Below the pieces are notes generated by a model. It saw nothing but the letters and a program-made list of their open reading frames with translations, was not told the origin of the DNA and did no database searches. DNA of 64,000 bases from Lingula anatina (taxonomy: Eukaryota; Animalia; Brachiopoda): contig CM120640.1 in the NCBI GenBank assembly GCA_051362555.1, forward strand, positions 13,082,001 to 13,146,000, read 5' to 3'. Positions 12,501-23,634 of this stretch are shown piece by piece. The first letter of the stretch is position 1. The number at the start of each line of letters is the position of its first letter. Made by a program: the position numbers and the translations under genes.

Positions 12501-14853
12501 CACCAATAATTTTTTTACTTAAAAAAAAAAAAAATACAGAAAAGAAAATCTAACCAAAACAGCAGGAGACATTGAGCAACTCCATAACCCTGCAAGGCAG
12601 CTCTGAAATGTTAGCTCTTACATTTCACTGTATATTTTATGAGTTACTCGTAAATTTTTTTTTCAAGATTTGGTCTTGTTTGACATCAGCTGCTATAGCA
12701 ATAGTTTTAAATATTTAATCACTTTATGTCTGCTTTTTATATGTTATATGTGGCCATGTGTTACAGCAGAGTAGCTGCTAATGTGTCCAGACACAACAAC
12801 TCTGAGGGCATTGTGTTAGGAGAGATCACAATTTGTTATAAATACAAGGACAACACTGTTGAAAATGCAATCATGCAATCAAATGACATTTAATCATTAA
12901 AAAAAATACAGTTTTGTTCTTTTAAATGCTCAAAACCTAAAAGATAATGTTTTAAAATGCTAACAACATGCATCGCTTAATAAATATCTTTTCTGGATAT
13001 GACACAAATATTGCCTACTATGTGAATGCAACTAAGATTTAGTATCTCCCTCGGATAGCCATTTGTTTGCAACAGAGGCAAGGTAAGGTCTCTAAACACC
13101 TTAAGTTGCAATGTAAAATACTTCTAATTGTGTTTAAAATATCCAATTAAACAAACAAACAAACAAAAAGCCTCAATGGCATATATACCATCAAGTCCTA
13201 AAATTACAGTATTAAGAACAGCATGCCCATGCCTTTGAACCATTTCAAAGCAAAACTGAACTTCAACAAAATATCAAACCTCACAATTCAACAATACAAA
13301 ACTCACTCAAAAATATAAACATGCAAATTTACAGAACTATTTTGACCATTATGTCATTTAGTCTAAAAATTGTTTGTTATGTAATATGTATTGTAAACTA
13401 AATTAGCATGCAAACTGACACACAGGGGAGAATGCTTTAATCAGATTTCTACTACATTGTCACCATGCAAAGGCTGTCAAATACTTTAACTCAAGTACAG
13501 TATATAACCATGCAATTGCAAACAAATGAGGTTTTATAGTATATAATAACAACATGCAATTTTAATCAATATATCCCTACAAGAACTTCAGCTACCCAAC
13601 CTATCATGCAAACTCAAAAGTTGACATGCTTATCACACAAATGACACTGTACCTGCTTTGGCTTTCTTATTCTGATTCACTGTGGCTGGTTTTGACATTC
13701 TACATGTCTACATCTCAGTCCTGGAGATCAATGAAAACCATGTAATGGGTATAATAACACCTCAAGCTTCACAATATCCACTCTATGTTAGAATATTCTT
13801 CAAGTTTTTGTAGGCATATTTTTGGGTCCTTTGAGCACTGCCATGACAAATGGTCCTCTTATCTTAGCACAGTGCCTAAGAAATGCATCATTTTTTAAAG
13901 TTGGGACCCAAAATGACCCCCCCCCCCCCCCCACACACACACACATAATATACTCTAAAAACCGTGTAGATCTTTTGCATGTGATGTCTACTACTCACTG
14001 ATGGACGTCAAAGACTGGATTAACCATGCAGTTATAGCATAACATAAATCCTATGAATGATGAAAATGGATGCATTCAGAACAGTGGACCAGCTGGTCCG
14101 AGGGTCAAATATGGCCAACTCATTTGAATACTTCACCAGGAGTCTATTCAGTGTCTATTAGCGGATGTGAAAGTATACAATTTTCCAATAAAAGGAAAGT
14201 GCATAGCTAAACTAAAACTTAAGGATTTTAGCATTACTGCTTGTAGTCTACAAACTCTTACTGATATCTTAAGGGTAAAAAAAAAGGCTAAAATGGATAA
14301 CCTCCACTTATATTTACATGTATATGCTGTTAAACAATAAGATACCAGCTACTTTGCATTTGGAAAGTGAAGTTTAGTGACACTATTGCGTAACGCCTAT
14401 GGAAAAGGGTCAGCCAGGTACAAAACATACCAAATGTATACCCATCAGGACAGTTTCCCCTGTGAACATTTATACATCATTTCAGGGTTGCAATAAAGAC
14501 CAATGACTAAAAGACTGATATCTATGATCTTGAAAAAGACTTTAGATTTAGGAATAATTGGACAGCAGCTGATTAATCTAAATTGTGTGATTACGTGCTA
14601 TTGATACTTACTTTTACAGACCACTCTTATCTCCTGAGCTTCAGATCTTTAAGTATGTTGTACCAGTAGTACTAACTAACAGAGTAAAATGGTAAATACT
14701 ATAGTACCTGTTTGTACCTGTAGCAGTAATGCTTGGCTTAGAATGACTGTAGACAACTGGCAGGGAGTCAGTGGGTTAACAGGTATTTGGAATATGGGAT
14801 TTTAATCGATTCTTACCTCTAAATCGCACAGGTTTCCGTCTTGCTCTTGGCAT
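24..14853 (-). CDS. pygo: Pygopus homolog (Wnt enhanceosome PHD-finger protein), 3 coding exons join(14817..14853, 8880..8992, 24..560), 228 aa
   Basis: Exons of 37+113+537 nt join in frame (phases 1, 0) across GT-AG introns. The protein carries the Pygo N-terminal homology motif ETIVAGNPFDD and the C-terminal PHD finger YPCGICHKEVHDNDQAILCESGCNFWFHRICTGLTEAAYQML...WVCDKC. Confidence 0.9.
3645..3800 (+). repeat. Diverged about 84-bp tandem duplication
   Basis: TGGCTT..TTTTCTG..TGGATGTTC..AGAAG..CTGATGAGATTAAC occurs twice (from about 3645 and 3729). Confidence 0.7.
6897..7233. mobile_element. Non-autonomous TIR element (Kolobok/T2-type MITE), intact copy in pygo intron 2
   Basis: Perfect 17-bp TIRs AGGGATAATAACTCTTC / GAAGAGTTATTATCCCT with TTAA on both sides (6893-6896, 7234-7237); no ORF. 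Confidence 0.85.
8880..8992 (-). CDS. pygo: Pygopus coding exon 2 (DSIDSDQESISSEKKTVSSSSRPSSPVTNRQGSNSNPQ)
   Basis: ttacttcag| acceptor and CAG|gtacat donor. 113 nt open, phase 1 in and phase 0 out, exactly bridging exons 1 and 3. Confidence 0.8.
9645..9753 (+). repeat. Short tandem duplication (about 51-58 bp)
   Basis: ATGATAACATTTCTATTCTA..TGAGACATATTGAA..GCACAC occurs twice. Confidence 0.7.
14817..14853 (-). CDS. pygo: Pygopus coding exon 1 (MPRARRKPVRFR)
   Basis: ATG at 14853 in a CpG-enriched region; strong donor GAG|gtaaga; phase 1 matches exon 2. Confidence 0.75.
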
Positions 14854-15190
14854 CAGAGAAGTTTCATTATGCCGACGGAGCGTTTTGAAACATTCACTTG
14901 TACTACCTACACCAAGCACTTGCTACCATGTCGCGTGCTACCGCCACCTGGTATTGATTTTGTGGGGAGCGAAAGGGAATGTGGTTGTCAAGATAATGAT
15001 GTAACATATTTGTGCTACAACAGAACATATTTGTTTTGTTTTTGATAATTGATAATAAAAGTTATACAACATAAAACAGTACTGATAGACTACCACTGAT
15101 TTATACAAAGATAGAGGTACACTTTTCTTTATTCTTAGACGCTACTCTCCTTACGGTTTTTTAAATTCCCAGAACATTGAAAATGGCGGC
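14854..15190. promoter_or_regulatory. Putative bidirectional promoter shared by pygo (-) and ythdc2 (+); YY1-type motif AAAATGGCGGC over the YTHDC2 start codon
   Basis: Divergent ATGs at 14853 and 15183 (329 bp between them), local CpG enrichment, and AAAATGGCGGC at 15180-15190. Confidence 0.65.
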
Positions 15191-15274
15191 GCGAGACGAT
15201 AATATGGCACATGCATCTAGTCCTTCTGTGCCAATCTGCACAGAGCAGAGCAGCAATAGCACCGCACCACATAG
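15183..15274 (+). CDS. ythdc2: YTHDC2 exon 1 ([30 protein letters not shown])
   Basis: aaaATGGCG start context; donor AG|gtatgt; phase 2 matches the next exon. Confidence 0.75.
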
Positions 15275-18200
15275 GTATGTTGACAGATACAGCTTATGGG
15301 CTACTTATGCACAATGTTGTTTGCGATTTTTCTGTTAAGTTTTCGTTGTTGTCAAAAATAAATATTATAAACAAATGCCCGAAATGACCTGCTATCGCAG
15401 TTCTGTCAAACTGGGAATGACAGAATTTTTGCGGTAATTAACCATTGTTAATAGTCGAACATCTTGACACTTTTTTGTTTTATAACTTATCTTTTCCTTT
15501 AAAATATGGCTGCTTTTTCTTTGGTTGTCAGACTTTAGATCACAGTCTTTCAGTCATATAGATGGAAATTAAGTACTGTATTTGATGCATTTGAAAATAG
15601 TTAAAAAAAGTACAAGTCTTGTGACTTGCATTTGGATAGAAAGGTAAAGGAACTCTGCTATTTGTTTTTTAGTATTCAATCTTGTGCTTGAGTTTATTCC
15701 AATATTAAGTGCACATGCACAGGTCATACTCTAATAATATAGGTTAGACAATCCTTGGGGAAGTTTTAATTACAAGATTTGGAACTGTGCCTGCATGTGT
15801 ACATACTGTACAATTGCACATCCCCAGATGCTAGTTAATTGCTGTTGCTCAAACAGTGAACTTAATGTGTCTAAACCATAAGTCCAATAGTATCAGAAAT
15901 GACACTGACACTTTGTGATACTTGAATTCACCAGTCAAAAGTTTGATTCATATGACTACTTTGGCACAACTGAGAATTGTATGTATGGGAACAGATATAC
16001 AGGGTAGCTAGAATATGGTTATATGGACTTGTAGGCCTCATGCAGTCAGAAAAGATGCAGAGTGATTTTGTCAGAATATAGATAACCATTTAGCATCTTA
16101 CATTTGGAGGAATCATTGTATAAATATAAGTATATAGTAGTGTGATTTGCTAATACTGATTATCAAGTGGACACATTGTTTACTGAAACAATCCCCAGTT
16201 TACTGTATACTTAGTAAATATAGTAACCACAGGATTGAGTGAACTATGCAATTTTACATTTGAAACACAGAGATAGGAAAACCTATAACACAATTATTTC
16301 CAGGGTGATTCTGCAAAGACCCAGCAGTGCAGGTTCTCGCCCAGCAAGTGTGAGCAGTAGCCTAAGCTCTAGTTCAACCAGGGGTCCTCGACCAAACCAG
16401 GAAATATGTGTGGGAGAAGAGCTGAGGATTGCAGTGGATATAGCACTGGAGAAATTCAGACTAAATCCAGAACAGAAAGGTAATAAAGACATCAATGTGA
16501 CCAAAAACACAAAATTTGATATACTTGAAATTTTTAGTTCATTATTGGATGCAGATTAAGCACTTGTTTTTGCAAGTGCATTTCTTCTCTGATGAGCAAT
16601 GTGACCTAATCTTATTTATTATTGATTAATGTTTGCCATTACATACATACATACATAAATTGGCAGTTAACAATAATATTTTACTGGGCCTTGGATTGAT
16701 CCCTGCTTTCATTCATAATTGTGTGTGGGTTTGCATGCTTGTATGCATGTAGGTTAAGGTATAATTACGTTTGTATATTGTAACAGATAACCTGTATACA
16801 TTGCTATTGTTCTTTTGTTTTTTTTTCTCCAGAACTGGAATTTCCTTCTTCTTTCACTGCAACAGAAAGAGCATATGTTCATAGGCTGACAGATGACATG
16901 GGACTGAAGTCAAAAAGTAGAGGGTAATTTAATTTATGAATTTCGGGGAAGTAGAGGTTTTCAGTATTTTCAAGTTGTCAATAATATAACACTGAGCAAA
17001 AATATAAACACCCAACACAATACTTTGAAATATTTATCAGCAATAAGGGTTATACATATTAAATAATACAAAGTGAATTTGTTGTTCAGTTTGCTACAGA
17101 TTACTGTCCGTAGCCCATTACAGTCACATAAATAATTTACATATGGCATTTATGTTTATCTTGTATTTATGTTGATTAAATTAGTAAGTTTGATACAATG
17201 GATAATTTAATTCAGTTATAAATGTTTTTGTCTGAAATATAATTGACCTTGTCATTGGCACAGACTATTTAAAAATAAAGTAAAGCTTTAAATAATGATA
17301 ACATATTGTGTTTAAGTATGATAATTTTATCATCAAAGATTCTTTTTAATTTTTCAGAAAAGGATCTAATAGATTTTTAACCGTCTTCAAAAAAGAGGAC
17401 AAGAAAGCGGCCAATTCCTCTGCCAGATTTCAGCTGACTCACAACTCAAGGCAGCAGATTCACAATCTTATCCAGCGTTTTCCTCTTACCAGCAAGGAAA
17501 GGCATGAACTGCTGCCCAGAACTGAGAGGATCACTTCATCTGAAGGTGACTCAGACTTTGTTTTACCTCATATTTCTTTGAATTAGATTGCAGGTAAGAT
17601 TGAAGAATTAAGATATCTTTAAATGAAAGGCCAAGTCACTAAGCAATCAACCTCTTAAAAGCTTCTTTTAATCTCCTACAGTAGACGGTTTTTATTTGTT
17701 AAGAACTTACTGAGAGGTTTTTTACCTATGGCATACCCCCCCCTTGCACATACTGTCTATCCATTTGTCTATCTTTGGAGTAAATCTTATCCAGCCTTCT
17801 ACTGTAGTTTTCCAATGACAAATTGTGTTTGTTATTAATCTGTGATAAAAATTGACCTCATATCTATTTCTCCCAATAATGGGTATCTGCAGATGTTTAC
17901 CACATCTCTGATAATTTCATTTTTAGTTCAAATAAAACCTATTAACATATTGCTTACTTACAATCCCTAGGGATGAGAGAACTGGGCAAGACAACCACTG
18001 GAAGATTAAACAACGGGGTATCTCAAGTGCCTCCCAAAAGAGGAACATCAGACCTGAATGCATTTAGAGAGACACTGCCTGTCTATCAGATGAGGGAACA
18101 AATTGTTAATGCCATAAATAGTCACCAGGTGGTGTTAATATCAGGAGAGACAGGCTCTGGAAAAACAACACAGGTAGATTTGGGGACTGTACTGTAGCTC

Positions 18201-21200
18201 TACCTGTTTAAATTTTATTTTTTTACTTCAAAGAAAACAAGAAATGTTTTTTTTTATTTATGGGAGAAGATTGATTATCATATGGTATGAGATAAATTCT
18301 GTATAATTTTCCTATGGTCTAGGTTCCCCAGATGATTCTGGATGACTGTCACCAAAGAAACAAACCTTGTAGAATGTTCTGCACACAACCTCGCAGGATC
18401 TCAGCACTGTCTGTGGCAGAGCGTGTATCTACAGAGAGAGGTGAAAAGATTGGACAGACTGTAGGATATCAAATTAGACTTGAAAGCAGGTAGATCTAGC
18501 CATTTGTATCTATTCTTTACTGTTCTTTTTTTTTTAAAGCAATATGGTATTAGACTAAGTGATTGTTTTGTGCATAAATTTTGACTCATTTTATGTAGTT
18601 ATTTATGACAATTTGGGAAAAACATTTGAATAATTGCTGTGATTGCTGACTCAAGTTGATGTAGTAAGTCTAGAAACTAAAATTTAAGATAAATGTATCA
18701 TATTTGTGTCTGTTTTGTGTTATTTACAAATAATGATTTTCTTTATGTTCAGGGTTTCACCTAAAACATTACTGACATTCTGTACCAATGGGGTGTTGCT
18801 CAGAACACTAATGGGTGGTGAGGCATCCATGAATGCTGTCACACACATTATTGTTGTAAGTGTACCTGGCCTGAACAGCTTCTCTGAGCATGCTACATTT
18901 TGACAAATTAGTGATAAACTAGGATATATTTGCATTTTTACCACAGCAGAGACATTTTAACTTGTAAATATCTTAAAGGGATAACAACTCCTTGTATTAG
19001 ATCCATATTTCACAATAAATACAGTGTAAACAACTGTCAGAAATTTAATACATTCTTTTTTACCACCAGAACCATGGTTTTCGCAATTATTCTGAAATTT
19101 GTGACCACATGACTGCCGTAGATGGTTACCCTCTGTAAAAACCTCTTAAGAGATTATTAAAAAAAACCAAACATTTTAGAAAAAAAAAAGAACGGGGACT
19201 CGCTTTGAAGATTGGAACCGATTCATTCAACATTGGCAAGCATAGGAAAATTGTTGTTTACTCCAGGAAAATCCATTTTTTTTTTGCCAAAATGAACAGT
19301 TCTTATCCCTCAAACATTTTCCTATGTAAGTGAGAACTGTTATATGTATCAAATATGATATGATTTTTGTACTCAAAATGCAATTGAAATAAATGCATGT
19401 GTATGGATGTTATTTTTTTCTAAATTGTTATATATATCTAATTAATTTATTATGTTTACCTCTAGGATGAAACTCATGAACGAGACAGATTTAGTGACTT
19501 CCTGTTGATTTCACTAAGAGATCTGCTGGCCAAGTACAAGAACTTGAAGGTTATTTTGATGAGTGCTGCTCTCAATACACAGCTCTTTATCAATTACTTT
19601 GGTGGATGTCCCATAATTGAAGGTACTGAATTTAAGTCAGAAGGACATTGAGTTTATATTATAAAAGTGTTTTGTGTTGGGCTTAGTTACATAAAAAAAT
19701 TCAAAGTTGAAAAAACAATAGATGGAATTGTTTGGAATTTGAACATTGTATTTGGGCTGTGTTATTCGATTTCTATCTAAACTGTTACATTTTTTTATTT
19801 CAGTACCTGGAAAGCTATTTGAAGTGAAGGAGTATTTTCTGGAAGATGTTCTCAAGATGTATGTAACAATATCACCTAGAAAATGAATTTGTTACATTTA
19901 ATACTCATGGGAAATTAATTGGAAATATTTTATCTCATTTATGGGGTTAATGATCAATTGTTTATCTTCAAGAAAGTGAATAACAGTTTTTAAATGAACC
20001 CATTGGAAAGTGACAATATATTTACCGGAAGTATTTGTATAAGTAGGTGCTGGTAAAGCTTTCTTGTGATAATTTCAAAAAGATGTTACATATTTTTGCA
20101 ACTTTTTTCTGCTAATTCACTGTTCCAGGACTGGGTATACAAACAAGAAAATGATCAAGTACAAGAGTGAATTAGAAAAAGTTGCTGAGCAGCAGCGCCA
20201 TCTAGACCAGTGGTGTAACCAGCAGCCTAGCGCTGAAAGAGCAGAGCCTGAAGAGTCTGTACTGGAGGACAGTGGAGTGATAGAAGACAGAGATGATGGT
20301 ATAGAGGTAGACAAGGTTAGTGTGAGGAAGTAACTTATATGAGACAAGTAGCATGCATACAGTCCTGGTACAAGTTGCTGAGAGAAGTTTCTGTCTTGTA
20401 AAAACAATAAACTTTAGAATTAAAAATGGCATCAAATGAAAAAGTTTCAAAACAAAACATACCAAATAAAAAATCCGATCCATTTCGAAAGAAAATTTTT
20501 GTAATTAATCCATACTAAACTTTTTGGATGCCTCAATTTTCTGTCTCCTTTCCTATTTTTAAAACAAAAATATATTTTGATGAAGTAGTATTTAAATAAA
20601 AATAAATTCTTTTATATGTTATAAAACAGCTTGGTCCAGAGAAAGAAGAACTAGAACCATGGCTGGTGACTGAGATGGACAAACTGCTAACTGAGGCCTG
20701 GCTGACAGGAGAAGAGGACATCTTCACACAGATCTTCCATCTCATTATGAGTGAGGATGTCACTGGTAAGATATTGGCTTCAAGTGTTCAGGTAAACTAG
20801 GGCTAAATTTTGTTAAAATTTAACCACTGTGAATTTTTAACTTGGATGTGTCATGTTAGATAATTTACAGAAGTGCATATTTATATGGGTGTTTTGTAAA
20901 ATTGCTATGAAAGTGCAGGTATTGCTATAATCATAAGACAAAGTAAACAGCCTTTTATCCAAATACTGGAATACTGAAAATTCTGATATATTTTTATAGA
21001 TTTATAAATATTCTTATCAAAGTAGTTTCCTCATTGTATGTCACTGTCATTCTGTCTTCCTCAGTGGACTACATGCACTCTGAGACCAGTGCCACCCCAC
21101 TGATGATAGCTGCAGCCAGGGGCTTCACTTCAGTTGTGGAACAACTCCTGAATCTTGGGGCCAACATTAAAATCAAGGCCTCAAATGGATGGAATGCTCT

Positions 21201-21741
21201 GAACTGGGCTGAAAAGTTTGAGAGGACTGATGTCATTGAGATTTTGAAAGCCTACATGTGAGCATGGACTTTGTGTGACTTAAGGGATATTTTGATTAAT
21301 TTGATACATAATAATTTTTTATAAATTTTTTTTCATCATTTCAATTTTCTGTTGCTTACAAACACCTACTGTATTGATCCCAAATCTCCAAAATCTTGTT
21401 GATTAAATTTTTAATTAATTTGGCTTTTAATTATTCAGCTTTACTTTCATTATATGCATTCTTTGTATTTGTATTTTTATCCAAAATGGAATTTTAGAGC
21501 TGAGAGAATAGATCTCCTCATTAGTTAAGAACTAAAGCTTACACCTATTCCTCACTCAGGACAACCAGTGAGGAGGGTGAGGAGGGAGATGATGAGGATC
21601 TTCTCAAGGACTCAGAGATGACAGTAAGTGAGGAGGATAAACAGCTGCTGAACCTTTATCACCACAGCTTTGATGATGACAAGGTGGACACGGACCTCAT
21701 TCTTGCCTTACTTCATAAGATACAAGACTCACAGGAGGAAG
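15183..21741 (+). CDS. ythdc2: YTHDC2-like 3'-5' RNA helicase, 5' part: 13 exons, about 643 codons (R3H, DExH RecA1, ankyrin insert); RecA2/HA2/OB/YTH exons not found in the window
   Basis: All 12 introns are GT-AG and phase-consistent. Motifs: R3H (TERAYVHRL), Walker [48 protein letters not shown], ankyrin [10 protein letters not shown]...[26 protein letters not shown]. The R3H + DExH + ankyrin-insert order is diagnostic of YTHDC2. Confidence 0.93.
16304..16479 (+). CDS. ythdc2: YTHDC2 exon 2
   Basis: ttccag| ... G|gtaata; reads VILQRPSS...[21 protein letters not shown]. Confidence 0.85.
16833..16923 (+). CDS. ythdc2: YTHDC2 exon 3 (R3H domain)
   Basis: Reads [31 protein letters not shown]; canonical splice sites. 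Confidence 0.9.
17358..17545 (+). CDS. ythdc2: YTHDC2 exon 4
   Basis: Reads [12 protein letters not shown]...[21 protein letters not shown]; ttttcag| and G|gtgact. Confidence 0.88.
17971..18173 (+). CDS. ythdc2: YTHDC2 exon 5 (Walker A)
   Basis: Reads [17 protein letters not shown]...[15 protein letters not shown]; ccctag| and CAG|gtagat. Confidence 0.93.
18323..18489 (+). CDS. ythdc2: YTHDC2 exon 6 (motif Ia)
   Basis: Reads VPQMILDD...[37 protein letters not shown]. Confidence 0.93.
18753..18855 (+). CDS. ythdc2: YTHDC2 exon 7
   Basis: Reads [22 protein letters not shown]...VTHIIV; donor gtaagt. Confidence 0.93.
18977..19310. mobile_element. Second, diverged copy of the same MITE in ythdc2 intron 7
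   Basis: TTAA|AGGGATAACAACTC...AGTTCTTATCCCT; collinear with 6897-7233 over its full length. Confidence 0.8.
19466..19622 (+). CDS. ythdc2: YTHDC2 exon 8 (motifs II and III)
   Basis: Reads [21 protein letters not shown]...[24 protein letters not shown]. Confidence 0.93.
19804..19858 (+). CDS. ythdc2: YTHDC2 exon 9
   Basis: Reads [18 protein letters not shown]; tttcag| and AT|gtatgt. Confidence 0.9.
20129..20315 (+). CDS. ythdc2: YTHDC2 exon 10
   Basis: Reads [14 protein letters not shown]...IEVDK; ttccag| and AAG|gttagt. Confidence 0.88.
20630..20765 (+). CDS. ythdc2: YTHDC2 exon 11
   Basis: Reads [25 protein letters not shown]...[11 protein letters not shown]; donor G|gtaaga. Confidence 0.88.
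21065..21257 (+). CDS. ythdc2: YTHDC2 exon 12 (ankyrin repeats)
   Basis: Reads [49 protein letters not shown]; donor gtgagc. Confidence 0.93.
21560..21741 (+). CDS. ythdc2: YTHDC2 exon 13 (last exon found in the window)
   Basis: Reads [36 protein letters not shown]; strong donor AAG|gtgagt, phase 1. Confidence 0.9.
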
Positions 21742-23386
21742 GTGAGTTCTGCATGGAGACTTTTGTCTGGTTGATGGCAGTGAAAGCTGGGTCATTGGTC
21801 AATTTTGTATGAAGTTGTTTATGACAGTGTGAGCATAATGTATTGCAATCATTTGAGAAAATTGATGGTTTGAAGAATGTGAGGAATTGGGCTAAATTGT
21901 TTTTAACTACTATTATTATTATTATTCTTAGTGTTGTTAATGTATGTATTTTTAAAGCATTTATTTCTGGTTTGATGTGTTAGTGACAGATTGGATTGTT
22001 TTTAAATTGGTTATATTGTCATGTGGTATTATGAAAACATGGACCGTTTCATGAAAATATGAATTTGAGAATTTTTTTGTGTGATTTTCAGGTTGTGACA
22101 CAATTCAGATATGATTTGGTTTTTGGTTGTGAAATGCATGGTACCATTAGGTCAGATTAAGCTTTTAAAATATTTTCTTTTGTCTTTATTATGTTCACTA
22201 TATCACAAGTATAATCCATGGTATATTCAAATGTAGGATGCAGTGGAAGACTATGTATCAAAGCTATGGCAAAGGCCCTTTCATCAAAGGAAATTTTCTT
22301 AAATGATTATTCCATAAAGGTTTTTATGTTATCAGGATTGGTTTTTAAAACAGTTTGTTTCTATGATATGATATAATAACATTTGTATTTGAAAGTTTAT
22401 AACATGGATTTAAAGCATGCTCTGCTCATGATGACATGGGTTTTATAAATACTGAGGTAAATAATAAGAACTTGGATCAATATATAAGTTTCTTGCTAAA
22501 GATTTCTTTTGTAAAATATTATGAAGCATTATGAATCTAAACCTGCTGCACACAGATAGATTTTAAAAATGATAAGCTAGCGTATACATAATTTTTTATA
22601 TCTAATTTAAAGCTTTTGTATACAAATATTCAAATATATCTTTGCAACAACTATATTTATACACACATCTCAAATATTTCAACAAAGAGATATATATGAC
22701 GCTGCAGTGAAGAATTGAATTCCATTTCTAACAAATATTTTATGTACAGGCATGGCATGAATTCTTGTAAACAGCTAGAAACAATCTCATTGTTTTGCCA
22801 ATTGCTGTTTAGTTTGAGCTCCCTCTCAATATAGGATAGAGATTGCAGCTGAAGTTGCTTTGTATGGTTGCCAGTGTTATAATCCCCAAAATGTCTGGAT
22901 ACATTGTATCATGTCTCTGACAATAGAATAGCTCATGAGAACAAAGGGGGAATGATAATAAAAAAATACATAGAGTGGGTGTTAACATGTTGACCTGGCA
23001 ATCCTGGCTTTTGATGATGACATCATGTCAACTTCAAAAGACTGAAATATTGTTTAACATGACATCATACAAAGAACCAAAGACGATAATCATTGTGTGA
23101 CATGATCACATTTCTCTTAATTGAAATTGTTCCAGCTGGCATTAACTTCAAAAGTTGACCCAAAACTCTTTGACATAAATCAATTGAACATGCTACATCT
23201 CTATCATACATAACAGAGTAGAAATATGAGCAACTTAAGCAAAGTGTGATCTCTTTGATTTGGTCCAACTTACTATGATCATACCCAAAGTCAATTGTAT
23301 ACTTTCTATGACTTTTGCCATACATTATCTCATTGGTTTTTAAGTCTAGTTCACACACAGTTATTGTACAGGTTTCAGTACCCATC

Positions 23387-23634
23387 CTATTGGTTTTGTT
23401 CTAACTCTATCTCACACACAAAGTTGATGTAAAGGTTTTCACAGTTCCAGTCATCCCAGGTCTGGTTCCCTGAGGCTGTGTAGTAGAGGCAGTTCTGGCG
23501 TCCAGTGTGGTCATTGGGCTCATGCGGGGTCCAGTAGGTGTAGGTTAGTTTCTGACCTGTTCCAATCCACCTCCAGTCTCCCTCCTTCTCCTTGTCTGTG
23601 CCTCCTGTCCAGAACCATGGGCTTGTCCACTTGG
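23387..23634 (-). CDS. Lectin A CTLD exon (C-half; EPN/WDD)
   Basis: ttctcag| AKWTSPWFWTGGTDKEKEGDWRW...EPNDHTGRQNC...WDDWNC...FVCEIELEQNQ*. Confidence 0.93.

Noticed and set aside
16988-17092. Tc1/mariner-like terminus CACTGAGCAAAAATATAAAC
   Set aside because: No clean TA target site and only a very degenerate opposite end.
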